DNA from: Marsupella aquatica
Taxonomy: Eukaryota > Plantae > Marchantiophyta
Assembly (NCBI GenBank): GCA_973895155.1
Contig: OZ316893.1
Coordinates: forward strand, 26,152,798 to 26,216,797
Length of the DNA stretch: 64,000 nucleotides
Direction of reading: 5' to 3'
This document shows positions 36,901-50,551 of the stretch, in pieces. The first letter of the stretch is position 1. Every line of letters starts with the position of its first letter. Both the position numbers and the translations under genes were made by a program. Below the pieces are notes generated by a model that did not search any database, was not told the origin of the DNA, and was given only the letters and a program-made list of their open reading frames with translations.

Positions 36901-39376
36901 GGGCGACTTTTAATTAGAACCCATATGGCACAATTAGCAGGATTACAACATGGGTCCTCTTTGTGAACAGAAATAGATCAAATGATTGGTAGAAATCCTT
37001 AATTTTGGGTAGTCAGTACTATTTCCAATGTCATAGTTTTAGTGTCTAGAGGTAATTTCATTTACAGAGCGTATGTTTCCCTGGTGGAATATTTTAGAGT
37101 GGGCTGTTATCTAATATCCTTCAAAAACCAATTAATGTTTGGTGGAGAATAGTTTAACTGTGATCATGTGGCTTGAAACTATGGGCCGGTAATAGAGGGT
37201 CAAGATCAAAGGCAGTCAAAAATAGAGCTCTGGAAAATTTTGTACTTAACTTAACTTTTGTGTGGAAAGAACTAACATCCAACCTGAGCAATTCACTAGA
37301 GTAGCTGAATTTTGATTGCAGAATTGTATCTAGGCGGCACAACATAACCCTTGGACATTGTATGATGAGTAACTTTAACAAGTGCAGAGCTGCAGGCCCT
37401 GATTTTGGCACCAACTTTTGTGATGGTCTTGGCTGTTGATTTTAGCCTCCTGTAGCTCATGACTAGTAACCTCACTGTGGCTTGTGGTCTAGCAAGGTTG
37501 ACCCAGAAGACTCCAATGTATGCAGAAGAATTTTTAGTTTATTTGTATTAAACAAGGGGAAAGCCTGCCCAAGCAGATCATTCTGCAGCTGCAAAAAGTA
37601 CTTTGGGTAACTGGTAGTACTCAATTTCATATATTGTACAATCTTGTTCACTAAGTGTAATGTACTATTTTGGGGAATATTTGAGTGTAAGTGTCATCTC
37701 ATTAGTTCACAAGGAGGGGGTGGCCTATTCCTTAAAATGTATACCTAAGTTCTTTTGTACTCTGTTTGGTACTTTTATGTAAAAAGTTTGTACATTATTG
37801 ACTTTTGAAAAACAGCATCTAAAAACAGAAAGTTCATAATTTTGAGCACCTAAACGTTTTTAAGTAAGTGGGTCCCGTGATGACAAGTGAATGGATGAGC
37901 TCAAAAGGGTAGATCTACTTTTCACCTAGGCAAATGAATACTGACGAGTTTGGGTAGGGCATTACTTTAGTGCCAGATGTGGTTTAAATCCAAACAATTA
38001 ATATCTGACCCCCCCCCCCCCGCGTCACTAATTTTAAGCGGTCTTCGTAAGGTGGTTTCCGAACCCATTTTTCCCCAAAACAAAATTAAATAAATTTGCC
38101 TTGAATTAACAAACCTGAGTCTTTCTCTCGGTCGTCGCTAATGAGGAAGGGGAATGAGAGAATTGGTGGGACCCAGATTTAGGGTCTGATTAGCTGTGTG
38201 TCTGGTTGGCCACAATTCCTCAGAATTAACCAGAATTAACCAGAATTGGTGGGATCCAGATTTAGGGTCTTCTCAGAAGTAAGCTAACCAGACAGACGGC
38301 TGCCGGCAGAAAAAGTAGCCGGAACGATTTTAATAATGTTAATTTTGGTGAGTTAGTGCATCCTTTTACAATCAAGAAGAATTGTTGATTCATTGATGAG
38401 ATGATTCTTCAATTACCTGAACTGGCATCGACCATTAGGAATCTCTCAAGTTCTCTGTCATTTCCTTTTAATCATCTTCAAACAATAATGTAAGTGTATA
38501 ATAGGGATTTAAAACTACTCTCAGGGCCTATGGTCTAGAGTGAAGACTCTAGAACGCACAGGACTTTCGGGGCATGTCTAGAGGTGACGTTGCCCATCAA
38601 AAAAGGGGGTTGTGGGCAAGTCAATGGAAAACTTTAATTGTGAATTGGCAATGGGCAATAGACTTGAATGCCAAGCGACAAGCAGGGAGTCTATTTTTCC
38701 ACAAGGCTTTCTGTGTCATCACCTCTATTATGCTCATAGATAGGGCATTCAGGCTAGTCTATATTATAATTTGTGACCAAAGTGTTATTATTCATGACCT
38801 ACTATGTAGAGTGAAGCATCAGGCCATAACTTATCTGGTACATGAATTCTAAATATTTAAACTATGCTTGTGAGGAGGGATAACCATGGGGAGTCTAGTA
38901 TAGGGAGCCTTTGCTGGTGCCTAGGCATGGATACGTGGGCCAGTTGTGATCCACAACTCAAGTTTGCAAGAACGTTCGAACCAACTCTATTTTGTAAAGA
39001 GACCACTTGCAGGGAGATCATTTCCAAAATAAACTCTTAGCACAAGTGCAGGATTCAGAATGTTTTAGAATATGGGATTGGAGGCTTAATGCAGTCAGCC
39101 TCTACCTCCCCATGGCATTGATCCAAGTGTGGGAAGCCTTCACAAGCTTTTGTAGGCTCTCTGAGATTTTTGTTGTTAATAAAAAAATAGGTTTATCTTG
39201 GTCAAAATGCTCTAGCAGATGTCATCATTTGTGAGCTAAACTCAACTGACTATGCGGCCCTCATCCCATTTTGCCTCAATCCGTTTTCTTGCCAAGCTAC
39301 TCTAGACTTTGTCTATGTGGCATGCTCATCTCATATCTCACCTCACTTTTTCTTCATTATACATAACACTGTCAAT

Positions 39377-40265
39377 TAGTTCGTGGACCCCCTAGCTACA
39401 TTTTTTAGGCCTTGTTTGAGTAAAAATCATGTATGCAATATTAACTTTAACTCAAGTTGTTAGAGGCTATTATGGTCCAAAATGCTCTGGTATCACAAAT
39501 TATTATGATGAGATAGTTTTACAAATTTTAGTGAAAGTATAGGAGAAATTAATTACCTCATCCAAATGTGATTTAGCAATCTTCTTCATAATGACCAGGA
39601 AAACAAGGGCTTTTAGCTTGAGTTTTGAGAGCTAATGTGGTCCATAATGCTCTGCTACCATACATTAAAACATTTAAGATCTAGATATTTTCACTAATTT
39701 TAGAACATTAATTAATAAACCCAAGGCACAGTTTTTTTTCCCCTTAGTTGATTAAGGCAATAAATGGCACTATATTCGACCACTGATGTGCCCTGGGCAC
39801 TCAATTCGAGTTGAGAATATTACCTTCTCAAGATCAATTGAGAAATTTGCTTTTCTCAACAACAAACCCTAAGCTTTCTAGTAGCTGAGTCTTGTTAAAT
39901 ATTTGTAGAATATTTATCGCCCAATTTGTCGATGTACTTTGTTTGTTTATTACAATGTACTTTTGTATTGTTTATTATATGAAAAATACTTTTCAAATCT
40001 TTGAATTTAAGTTTTAAAATTGGATACATAACTAAAACGATTACATAGTGATAGTTTTACCCGTCACTCTTGCTCTTTGCATTTCTAAATTTTTATATTT
40101 CTTTTTACAACATGGCGTCCCAATTTACACCCAAATTGATGCAAACACGAATGAATATTGTAAGTTTGATTCACAAAACCAACGAGTCTTGTTTGTTGCG
40201 GTTGTTGTTGACGTGGCACGCTCTGGTGCCAGGAATTTTGGAACGGACCTCTCATGGGGTCCCTA
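39377..40265. mobile_element. Non-autonomous TIR element, copy A (~0.89 kb)
   Basis: Ends TAGTTCGTGGACCCC...GGGGTCCCTAA. The right ~290 bp (39972-40262) are homologous to 51117-51407. Confidence 0.55.
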
Positions 40266-40951
40266 AAGAACAAAGAGCACCAGACCTGTAGACAGGATCC
40301 TACAGACATGAAACCCAATAAAGGACTCAAGACAAGGGGAAAAAACCCAAAAAGAGTAAAAAAGCCCAAGAGCTAAAACGGCCTGGAGTCCCCAACAACC
40401 GCAAAAGATTTAAAGGGTACTCAACAACAACCTGGAAAGCTTGGAAGAGGCTTTTCAGTTGGTTTTTTCTCCATTATCATTGTTTGTTGTGTTCATCCAC
40501 CTTTTCTCACTCCTCTGCCTCCTCTTTGTGGAGCAAATTGAAAAGTTTGTTTTTTGTCTGTACCCTCATTGCCTTCCAGAATTTCTTTTTACTCTCCTTT
40601 TCTTGCTTTATCAGGTAGCATTGTTGACCTTAGTGGTTTTGAACTTCTTGGTAGTCTCATTCACAGGATCTCTATGGCTCAATTATTGTATTGATCCCGG
40701 ATTTTGCACCAGATTTCCTTATGGCCGGCTCTGGTACACATTCGTTAGTGTGCATTGCTGGGGGTTACTTATTGTACTTTTTAGATATCACGGGTGTTGA
40801 CCCTAATATTCTATACACAAAATATTCTATAATATTCTCACTTTGAATTTTAAATACCTAATTACTTTATTCACAACATGCAATAAGGAATGCTCTATTG
40901 CTTTATGTTGCAACTTATGGGTCAGATGTTTAAGTTGTGTGTGGCAATGCC

Positions 40952-41289
40952 TGTTGGAAATGAACCACACTTGAACCGATGATGGATGCAAGCATGATGG
41001 GCCTGTAGCTCAGTGGTAGAACCCTACGATGTAAGCAGGAGGTCTTAGGTTCAATTTCTAGCCGATCCATGCTCTTTAAAGTTCCAACAGGATATCAGAG
41101 ACAACGATCTGGAACTTCCTTTGATGCAAGTGTGGCTCAAGGGAGGGTGTTGGAAATAAATCACAGTCAAACTGATGATGGATGCAGGCATGATGGCCCT
41201 TTATCTCCATGGTAGAGCAATACGATGTACACCGACGGGCCTGGCTAGGTTCAATTCCTAGCCAGTCTATGCTCTTGAAAGTTCCAACA
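40952..41289 (+). mobile_element. TRIM with a tRNA-like cassette in each LTR, copy 2 (338 bp)
   Basis: LTRs 40952-41089 and 41148-41289, both TGTTGGAA...TTCCAACA. Decayed PBS GGATATCAGAG and PPT AAGGGAGGG. Perfect TSD ATGCC at 40947-40951 and 41290-41294. tRNA-like segments at 40999-41069 and 41195-41269. Confidence 0.92.
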
Positions 41290-41978
41290 ATGCCCACGGA
41301 CAATGTTAGCATCCGACCATACACAACACCAGTATTTTTGTGTTAAATCCAAAGAAAACTAGTTGTACCAGCAAGTTGATTGAGCAAAATGCACCAGCCT
41401 CACAAAGGGTCAGAGCATTATTCCAAAAACCAAACTCTGTGATTCGCTCAATATTTGCAAAGGATGGCAAAACCTTACAATTGACAAAGACCATATAGTG
41501 CTCAATTTTTGTTTCTAGAAAACTCCTTTACTTCTGACCTCTTTCCTTTGTGTTATACAAAAAAATAGTTCTCTTTGGAAATTTTCACTTCTTACCAGGC
41601 CAGACTTTTGAGCTAATGTTCATGAAGAGCCACATCTCAGGCTCATGATCTAGCATGTGTGACAAACCACTAACTGTATTACATGATCAATTTACACAAG
41701 CTTTAGTAATGCCCACTTGAATCAGTTCCCTATAAAATGACAACTGAACTACATAGTGGCAAACAATGCACAATCTGCACATTGTTTTTCACAAATCCAC
41801 CTGCACGTACTGCTAAGTGTCATTGGTTTCTGGGAGGGCGTGACAGAAATTTGGATGGTGTGAGAGGTACTGCGTTGGTTGTCAAATGTGTGGTCACATA
41901 ACGACCCCTGCTGTCTCAATTCCACATACAAATCCATTCGCGTCACCAGCTGAAACTCCAGTGTAGAAGTGTGTGAAG

Positions 41979-42151
41979 CTCAGTTTATAATTAGTGGCCC
42001 CTGAGTGGGCTTACATGGTGCCAGTTTGCAAATACGCATAATTGTAGTAGTGTGTGACAGTGCGCTTCAACCTCAGTTCATAATTAGTCCCCCATGAGTG
42101 TGCTTACATCCAGCTGTGGTGCCAGTTTGTACAAATACACATGATTGCAGT
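41979..42151. repeat. Imperfect local direct duplication (~70-80-bp units)
   Basis: CTCAGTT.ATAATTAGT...GCTTACAT...GGTGCCAGTTTG occurs twice. Confidence 0.7.
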
Positions 42152-45100
42152 GAGACGACAGTCATTAATATACGGCTTGTCATATTTTGCAATCCCAGGT
42201 GCCTCTGACGAAGACCGATATGGTGTCAATGTTTCATCCCATGTGACAAACAATTCGTTGTGTCAATTTACGCAAACCCACTTGGCCTTGAGCTAAATAT
42301 GACTCCGTACACGTCACTCGGAAGAGTATGAAAGTTTGATTTGCTCGTCTAACGCTAAGAACCCAGGAAATTTGCAGGAGAACGGGAGAAATGTGTCTAA
42401 CGTAGAGTGGCTGCTTGGAGGATAATGAGCACACTACAAGAAAAGCAATGTAGTTGTACCGGAACGTCGCTGAATTTGGGGAATGATATTTCGATGAGTT
42501 GAGTCGCTGGTTCCTTGGTAAACAGCACGCAAGGCCGAGAGCCCAGATGAATAGATGATAGGTTTCAGATTCTCCAGCAGCAGCTGCACAAAGACGCTAG
42601 GTTCTAAACTATTAATATAGAATACAGTCAGCAGCACACTAACAGACAGCCGTGGGTCTCGCCTTGGGTGTTCTTGTTTGTGATGAGACTGAACTTTACT
42701 ACAACCTTGTTCGATCTCGAGAGTAAACCGCAAGCCATGGGCTGATGTTTCTCCTGGATGAGCACTTGAGCAGCCGATAGGAGTTGTTGCGGACAAACTT
42801 TTTTGATTGGGAGTGCTGCGCAAGCAATGACTAATGATGTCTCTCCTTGATGTACATCTGATTCCTGATTTGTAGGAGTGAAAGTCTGGTTTCTCGTAGG
42901 CAGGACGTCACAGAATTGAAGTAGATCACATTAAACAACGACAGACTGGAGGATGCCCTCCAGTGAAAGAGGACTCAATGATTCTGTCAGACTCCGGGCC
43001 GACAAACGAAGTCGGTCTTTTATGCTGTTGGTCTATTTTGTATCAGCTGGAACAGCAGCCTCATTTGTTTGTAGTCCTGTTATTTGGGAAACATAACTGT
43101 ACAGTAATCAGTTGCTTGTGAGTTTTTATTTTGTGACAGAATGAATTTATATTCGCTGATAACAGTAATTGAAGAGCCGCTCAGACCTAGCTCGTAAACC
43201 ATTCTGTGCCTTTTCAATACAATTTCATCAATTGTTTTTTTTCCCCAAAAATATTTGCCAAATCTCACCTCACCAGAAAGCTTTGGTCGTTTTTGCAAAA
43301 GTTCTAGTAATTTTCTAGATGGCAAAACTTAGCTAGAATGTTTCCCTCATTAGCTAGTGTCCCATTTAATTAGAGCCCCATTAGCCAGAATCTAACTGTC
43401 ATCAAGTGAGATTTGTTCATCTAAGTACAGGGCCCATTAATAAGAATCCAATGATCATCCTTAAACGAGTAATATCTGACTAGAATATTTTGAGTATCTT
43501 CTTCTTCACACTCGACATTAGCCACTCTGGAAAAAAATAAAAACCTTCAAAAATAAGCTGGGACAGTCCCATTTGTCGTGGAAGGGTTGACGACGATTGG
43601 ATGGCGAGAACTTATCAGTTTCATTTGGGGAGCTAGATGTGACCACCGTCCAGCAATCTCCAAATTTGGAGGGACAGGAGGCACAGAAGTGATGATTAAG
43701 AGACGAGAGAATGTGGTGACCTCACGGAGGAACATTACTGATGTCATCAAAGGCTGCCATAGCTGAAATTGCGGAAAAGTGGAGGAGACCAGTGGAGGAG
43801 ACCTTTGTCAGGGATTTTTTCCTGTACATTTTTTTCATTCCAATTGTGGCTAATTACAAATGTACTGCAGTTTTGTATGTGGCTCTCCCCAGCTAAACTT
43901 GCCAAGTTTTAAATTGAATTTTTTTTACACACGGTATACGTTTCACCTTTGAGGCCACTCTTAGTTTCCCAGGGGAGAGATAAATTAGTAAAGAACCCAG
44001 AGTCTCCAGATTGAGTGTGATAGGGGTGTTGGATCAGAATAGTGGAAAATGGAGTGTTCTATTCGAATAGTGCTGGGGGACATTGTGTTTGAGATCTAGC
44101 AATCTGTTTTACTTTTTTGTACTTATGGTGTTGTGTAAAAATGGACATCATGCTCGAGTGGCAATTGAGTTGAGTTGAGTTGGTTTGAACTGGATGGCAT
44201 AGAAGTGAATTGAGTTGAATTCAACTACATTTGATTGTAGTGTCCATCTCGAATACTATGTCTGGGCATTGTATTAATTAGACATTGTGTTCAAGTTCAA
44301 ATGACCTTTTGGTCATGGATCACAAGTTTTTCAACTTTTGAACAAAGACCATCACACACTTTGCCATTGCGCTGCTTTTGGGGGAAGATAGCGGCCATAA
44401 AGTAATGGCAACCTGAGAGCCCAGTCTATTTTAGGTACACTATTGAGCCACCCATTCTCTAGTTAAACAAATGTGCTGCACAATTGAAATTGTCAAACAT
44501 ATTTAGTGTTGGAGGATCAAATGTGGTTTCTATTAGGGTTATTTACAAAATTAGGCATAGTCATGCTTTGGGATGTATAATACATAGCAATCCCACCATG
44601 CTAAGGGAAAACTTTTTGCACGAGGAATCTCTGATTGATGTTAGTGAGTTCAACTAGGGCCTCATCAGTTACACATTTGTAGCTCTTAATGATAGAACAT
44701 TCAACCAAATGAATTTGCACATCGTTGATCACACATTTTCTCATCAAGGGCCATTTTAGCTCAAGACATCAACAACCATTCGAAATTGAACAACATTTGT
44801 GATGGCTTCCCAATCTCTATCGACTATCAGTCTTCTCTATCGCAAATGATGACAACATTGAATCAGAAGGAATCATTGCCATTTCAATTTGAGTTCTCAA
44901 CTTGACAACGGATGTTTTCAATCATTTCTTTTGTACCAAGGCAGGTAAACAAAGTTTTTATCATCTAAAACTCAAATGCTAGGTTTGAATAGCCCAATTA
45001 TGGCAGTTTAATTTTTCCTTCAGTTGCATTAATAAAAGCCTTGAGAACAGCAACTTTAGAAGAAACTATATTGTAACTAGGACAATATCTTCCAGTAAGA

Positions 45101-46166
45101 AGTTTTAAACTTGGACTTATCTGGCCCTACTGTGATGTTCAGTTTTCGAAGGTACTTGTGCATCATCTGTGCCTTTGGCATGGGTTCCTATGTGTTGTTG
45201 CTTCCTTTCATTCAGAAAATGTATCCACACCACCCAAGCCAACTGAAATGTCCCTAAGAAAATGACCAAGCCGAGCTGTTTTGTATATTTTGGGGTTCTT
45301 ACCAACAGGGTCTTTTCCTTGGAGGGGTATTTTTATAATTTTTTGACCGTGAAAGCCCCACAGCAGGGAGAACAAGCAGGGCCAACAAGCCACAACGCCC
45401 ACAGGGCAACCAGAGAAAAAGGAGCCAAGACTAAGGGACATCTTGCATGTGCAAGGTCCTTTGATTTTTGGCCAAAATGAACCCATGGCATCTCTACACA
45501 AAGCGACAAGCCGGCAGTCCTGATGGCACCTTTGGAGGATATGCAAGGGCAAGGGCCGGAGATTTTTCGGCTCTTGAGATCCCGAACTTTGAACTTTGAA
45601 TAAAACAAAATGACAGTAGATCCGACTGTATAAGTACTTCACACATAAGTTGTTCTTGGTTGTGTTTAGATCCTGGGTCCCACACTTTTTCCCAACATCT
45701 GTGGGCTGCTAAGGGTTGTATTTTTCAGGACTCTTGCATGTTCAAGAAAGCCCTAAGAAAAGAGAACCCAAAACAAGCCAAGAGAACCACAGCACAGAGC
45801 CTAGCAACAGGGTCTTTTGTTTTCTCCATATTGTACCAGAACTGAAGGGGTGGCTTCTCTGGCTCCCAAGTTAGTGGGAAAGTGGCATGAACCATAGTCC
45901 GGGGCAGGTTTTTCTTGACTTCACTTGGCCCCCACACCACCACCACCTCCCCCCACCCAAACCAAAATGTGCATTTGGCATTCATGAAAAATGTTAAGGG
46001 CTTGCGAAATAGTAAGAAGCCTGCCCCTATCATTAGTGAAAAGTGTTAAACAGTTTTATAAATAGTAAAAAGAAGCTGAAGATATTTAGGCCTCGAGCTG
46101 GCCCTTTGACCTATTACATCTTCTGTTTCAATCATCAGCTCTTCAGCTCCATGATATAGGGAACCA

Positions 46167-48048
46167 GGTATCAATTTAATTCAAGGAGACGAGTCCCTGG
46201 AACAGCATTAAGTGTACCTTGGGACTTCCCCACAACCTACAGGAAGGAGCACCCTGAGTTTTCCCCTTTTTGCACCCATCTCTTTTCAGGCCATGACCTT
46301 ACTCTCGCTTCCCCGGGCTCCCTCTCAATTAGAGACTTAACTTAATTCAACATTCTTATCCCCTCTTGTGTAGTGTCTTTTTCCCTTGCATGTGTTTGTG
46401 GGAGTATTTGTTTAAATTTATTGGACTCCATGGAGGCAATCTTTTGACAATAGCTGACATTCTATTTAAATTTTTTGGACTCCATGGAGAGTTCCCGGGT
46501 ATTGTCCTGGTTTTGAAAAAAAATTAAAAATTTCTTGGACTCCATGGAGGCAATTGTCTGACAGTAGCTGACACATTTTGACCAGTTTTGCAAAGTCCGG
46601 CCCCAGTCTTTTAGTCTTTGATTTATGAGGGGTTGATGATTCAGTGCAAGATCACCTGAGCTCAAACTCTTGCTATTAAATTCTTCCTCAGTTCATGGTT
46701 GTATTCCACACCTTCCAGATGAAACAAATGCATTCATGTCTAACTTGTAATTGTGCCCAACTTTGTAACTTTAGTATTTCAAGGGAGCACAAACACTAAA
46801 CTCAAAAGAACATACACCATTGCTAATCCCAAAACCTGAAAAAATGAGAAAATTAAAAATTATCACCTACTCATACGGCTAAACTATTGTAGAACCAACT
46901 CCCTAGGAAAAGCAATTTTCAATTCAACCATCAAATTGGATTTTGAAACAATTTCTCTTTTGAAAGTCAGTGTAATGATGAATATAATAGCAATTTTGAT
47001 TTTCTGATATATCCATTTCTTTAATACTTCCTGAATTTCTCCACAGTAGTACTGTAGAGTTTACAAACGTCCACAAGGCTACGAATTTACTGATGGTTAT
47101 AACTTTGATTCTTTATTGAGCACTTTATCAGCCAAATGTTTTTTAAATTAGATATATTAGTATATCATCTCCATTCATTAGAGCTAAATTTAAAAAGAAA
47201 AACAAATGGGTCGCCATTTTTCTTTATTCTAAGGCTTGAGCAGTAAGTATGACTACTGTAGTTTACATCTGAAATGATTATCTCCATTTTTTTTGAATTT
47301 GATAGATCATTTTGGTTTCAACCCCCTTGTATCTTACATCTGGAATATAAGTATGGTCTAAAAAATGCATGATTACAGACTCAAAGTGCTCAGGCTCCCA
47401 TAAAGGTTACACAGTTAGGCACAATTACAAGCTAGGCATGAATGCATTTGTTATTCATCTGGAAGGCATGGAATACAAAGATGAACTGAGGAAGAATTTA
47501 GTGGCAAGAGGTTGAGCTCAGGTGATCTTCCACTAAAAGGATGAACTGAGGAAGAATTTAGTGACAAGAGGTTGAGCTCAGGTGATCTTCCACTAAATAA
47601 TCAACCCCTCATAAATCAATGACTACAACTAGACTGGGGCAGGACTTTGCAAAGCGGGTCAAAATGTGTCAGCTACTGTCAAATGATTGCCTCCATGGAG
47701 TCCAAGAATTATTTAATTTATTTTTCCAAAACCAGGATAATACCCGGGAACTCTCCATGGAGTCCAAGAAATTTAAATAGAATGTCAGCTACTTTCAAAA
47801 GATTGCCTCCATGGAACCCAAGAAATTTAAACAAACACTTCCACCACAGATGCAAAGGAAAAAGGCACTACACCAGAGGGAGCCAGTCTCTAATTGAGAG
47901 GGAGCCAGGGGCAGCGAGTGTAAGGTCATGGCCTGAGATGAGTGCAAAAAGGGGAAAACTCAGGGTGCTCCTTCCTGTAGGCTGTGGGGGAGTCCCGAGG
48001 TACAGTTAATGCTGTTCCAGGGACTCGTCTCCTTGAATTCAATTTACC
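46167..48048. mobile_element. Foldback/MULE-like element with ~600-bp inverted arms (~46167-46773 and ~47401-48048) around an AT-rich spacer
   Basis: AATTCAAGGAGACGAGTCCCTGGAACAGCATTAA and its exact reverse complement, with colinear similarity along the arms. Each arm has TTGGACTCCATGGAG-type subrepeats, and the right arm has a 60-bp tandem duplication at ~47480-47597. Confidence 0.85.
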
Positions 48049-50551
48049 ACTACAGCCCATTTTTTGTAGGAAATTGGAAACACAGTGGGTGTCATCAAAG
48101 TCAACATGGCCACATCTGCACCCAATGTTGGGGAGAATATTTCAAGCATGCCCTCCTACAACATAGGATCCCCAAAGTTATCCTAATGTCCAATGTCTCC
48201 TTTGACCCCAGGCCCCAGCTGGCAGTAAAGAAAATCCCCATGTGAACAACTGTGACTTTTGTTTCAGTCAAATCTACTGTTTTTGGAAAAGGAAACAAAT
48301 TAAACACTTGGCGAGAAACGGATAAAGCCACACCGTAGTGCCACGATAATATTGGCAAAAACTTAATAGGTCCTAAATTCTGGGCCCGACTAACAAATTG
48401 TTTTGGGTATCTTAGAATTTAATCTTGTAAATTTTAAGAGTATTCCAAGCATTTTGGTACAAAAGGACTTTCCAGAATACAGTTTTTAATTAAAACAGGA
48501 TAATCACAAATCAGGCATGCTTTGTTCGATCACTGGAATGGAGAATAAGTAATGTTTCGCACTACGCATGAATGGGATGGCTCTAACCGTATAGTTATAT
48601 TCTAAGCTTCGCATAAATATAACATAAGTGGTTTCATAGCTCAATGGTGGAACCTGGGATTCTCAAGTTACAAATCCTGTGTTTGAATCTAAGTGCTGAT
48701 GTTTCTGATCTAAAAATGCCCATTTTGGGGGTAGTGGTGGTCTCATGAGCATTACACTCCCAGTCCCAGAGTCACTTAAATCTTGTAACATGCTGGTGTT
48801 TGTGATCTACACATGCATGTTTTGGGGGTAGCGGCGGTCCCGTGAGCATCTTACGGGAGTGTAAGGGACACTCCCACTCCCAGTCACGGGACTGGGGTTC
48901 TGGCCAACCTGGTCACATGCTGAAGTGTAATTTTTGCCTTAATACTGAGGTGCAGTTCACAACAGTAAAAGTGCTACCACTGCACCAATCATTACCTGCC
49001 TAGTGCAATTCCATGCTTGCTTTTCTGTGGTATAAACTACTGGAGACGCTACAAAACGAAACAAACAAAAACTACTATAGACGTGGCATTCTACATATCT
49101 GGTCAAAATAAGTGGGGTTTGAATACACACAACAGAAAAAACTGGGGTCTAGATAAAAGAATGACACGTACATTTGTAAAGTTCGTCCAGGATTACCAGT
49201 TATTGCATAAATAAGAAAAAACCAACAGAGTCCAAATTTGGGCTTCTTGAAGTAATTTGAGGCTGTCGCCTGCAAAGTCCTTGTGTTACAAAGATTACTA
49301 CCCCTTCCTCCAAACCTGAATGGTCTTGGATTGTTTACTACAGCAATTCTTGACCATTTCTGAAAAAAATGATGATGTACCTAATCTACAGTAGGGCCTA
49401 TTTGGGGACATTTTAGGCACCCATCTCCTTGCCCCCAGTCACAAACAGTGAAGGTTATTTCACACAAAAGTTTCCACATTGGATAAATTGAGATTGTAAT
49501 CGTCAGCATCGTTTAGTTATAACACACTTTGCCTGGTGCCTTCCATGCAAGTCAGAGAAGTGCTTGATGGGCGCCAGGTTTGCATATACAACCGTGATGG
49601 AGTCGATGGGACATTTGGTACTCAACACACACAGTTGGCCCCCCCTTGGCACTTTAGTCAATGCAGTAATGTTTGCTAGACAACAGTATGCAATTTATTT
49701 TGGAAACATAGAAAGCGAGCAGAGGCCACCTCTGAGGTTCCCAGTTTAATTTGAATGACTAGCCTAAGCTTTGCTCTTAAATTATAGTTAGTAATTACCA
49801 ATCCTGGTACCAATTATGTGTTTCCCAAGTTTCACCCCAAACTGTATCTTTGCCCCCAGAGTCACCTAGGGGCTTCACTCTAGACAATAGGCCCTTATCC
49901 TAGCTTTTATTCCCCTTTTATTTGAAAGATGGTGCGCAATATCACTGGGAATATCACAGTGCTCTACATCAAGCTGCAGTAAGAGAAACTTGAGCCAAGG
50001 GAAATAGTGACATCTGAATGTGCTTGCAACTATTGGGATGGTAGCCGCTCAGGCTGAAGCAGAAATTGGACAATGACTTTTAAGTCAACTGGCCATGAAG
50101 AAATAATTTGCTCATTGACATTCCAGATTTGTTTTGAGGATATCTTGATCATGGGGGCCAGGAGAAACCAATCAAACTTCCAGGGCAAAAACACTCGCTG
50201 CCAGATCTCCTCGCTCCCGCCCAGTAATAGGAACCGTAAGTTGAAGTGGTAGCAGCCCAGCACAATTTTCCTTAGTTTGCAATGTTATTCCGTTGGTTGC
50301 CCGGTTACTCCACCAAACAGAGAGTCTCAAATGCCCCATCAGGCTGTATTTGCATCCTTGCCTCCCTCTAGCAATGCTCCACTTCCAAATTTCTACATTT
50401 TTGCTTTGCTTACTTCGCCCTTGTCACCAGAGAATTTTCTGATGTCCATTTATAGACAAGTCATCTGGGTTACTTTTAGATTTCTTTTCTTCCCACCCTT
50501 GTTTTCACTTTGAAATTGACATAAGAGGGGCCGCCAACGAGTGGAATTAAT

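Larger units (their letters stand above)
35640..43560. mobile_element. Pair of degenerate ~240-310-bp inverted repeats (~35640-35875 and ~43245-43560); possible large non-autonomous TIR element
   Basis: Colinear reverse-complement blocks such as AGAAGATGCTCAAAATATTC / GAATATTTTGAGTATCTTCT and ATTCTGGCTAATGGG / CCCATTAGCCAGAAT. No TSD identified. Confidence 0.5.
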
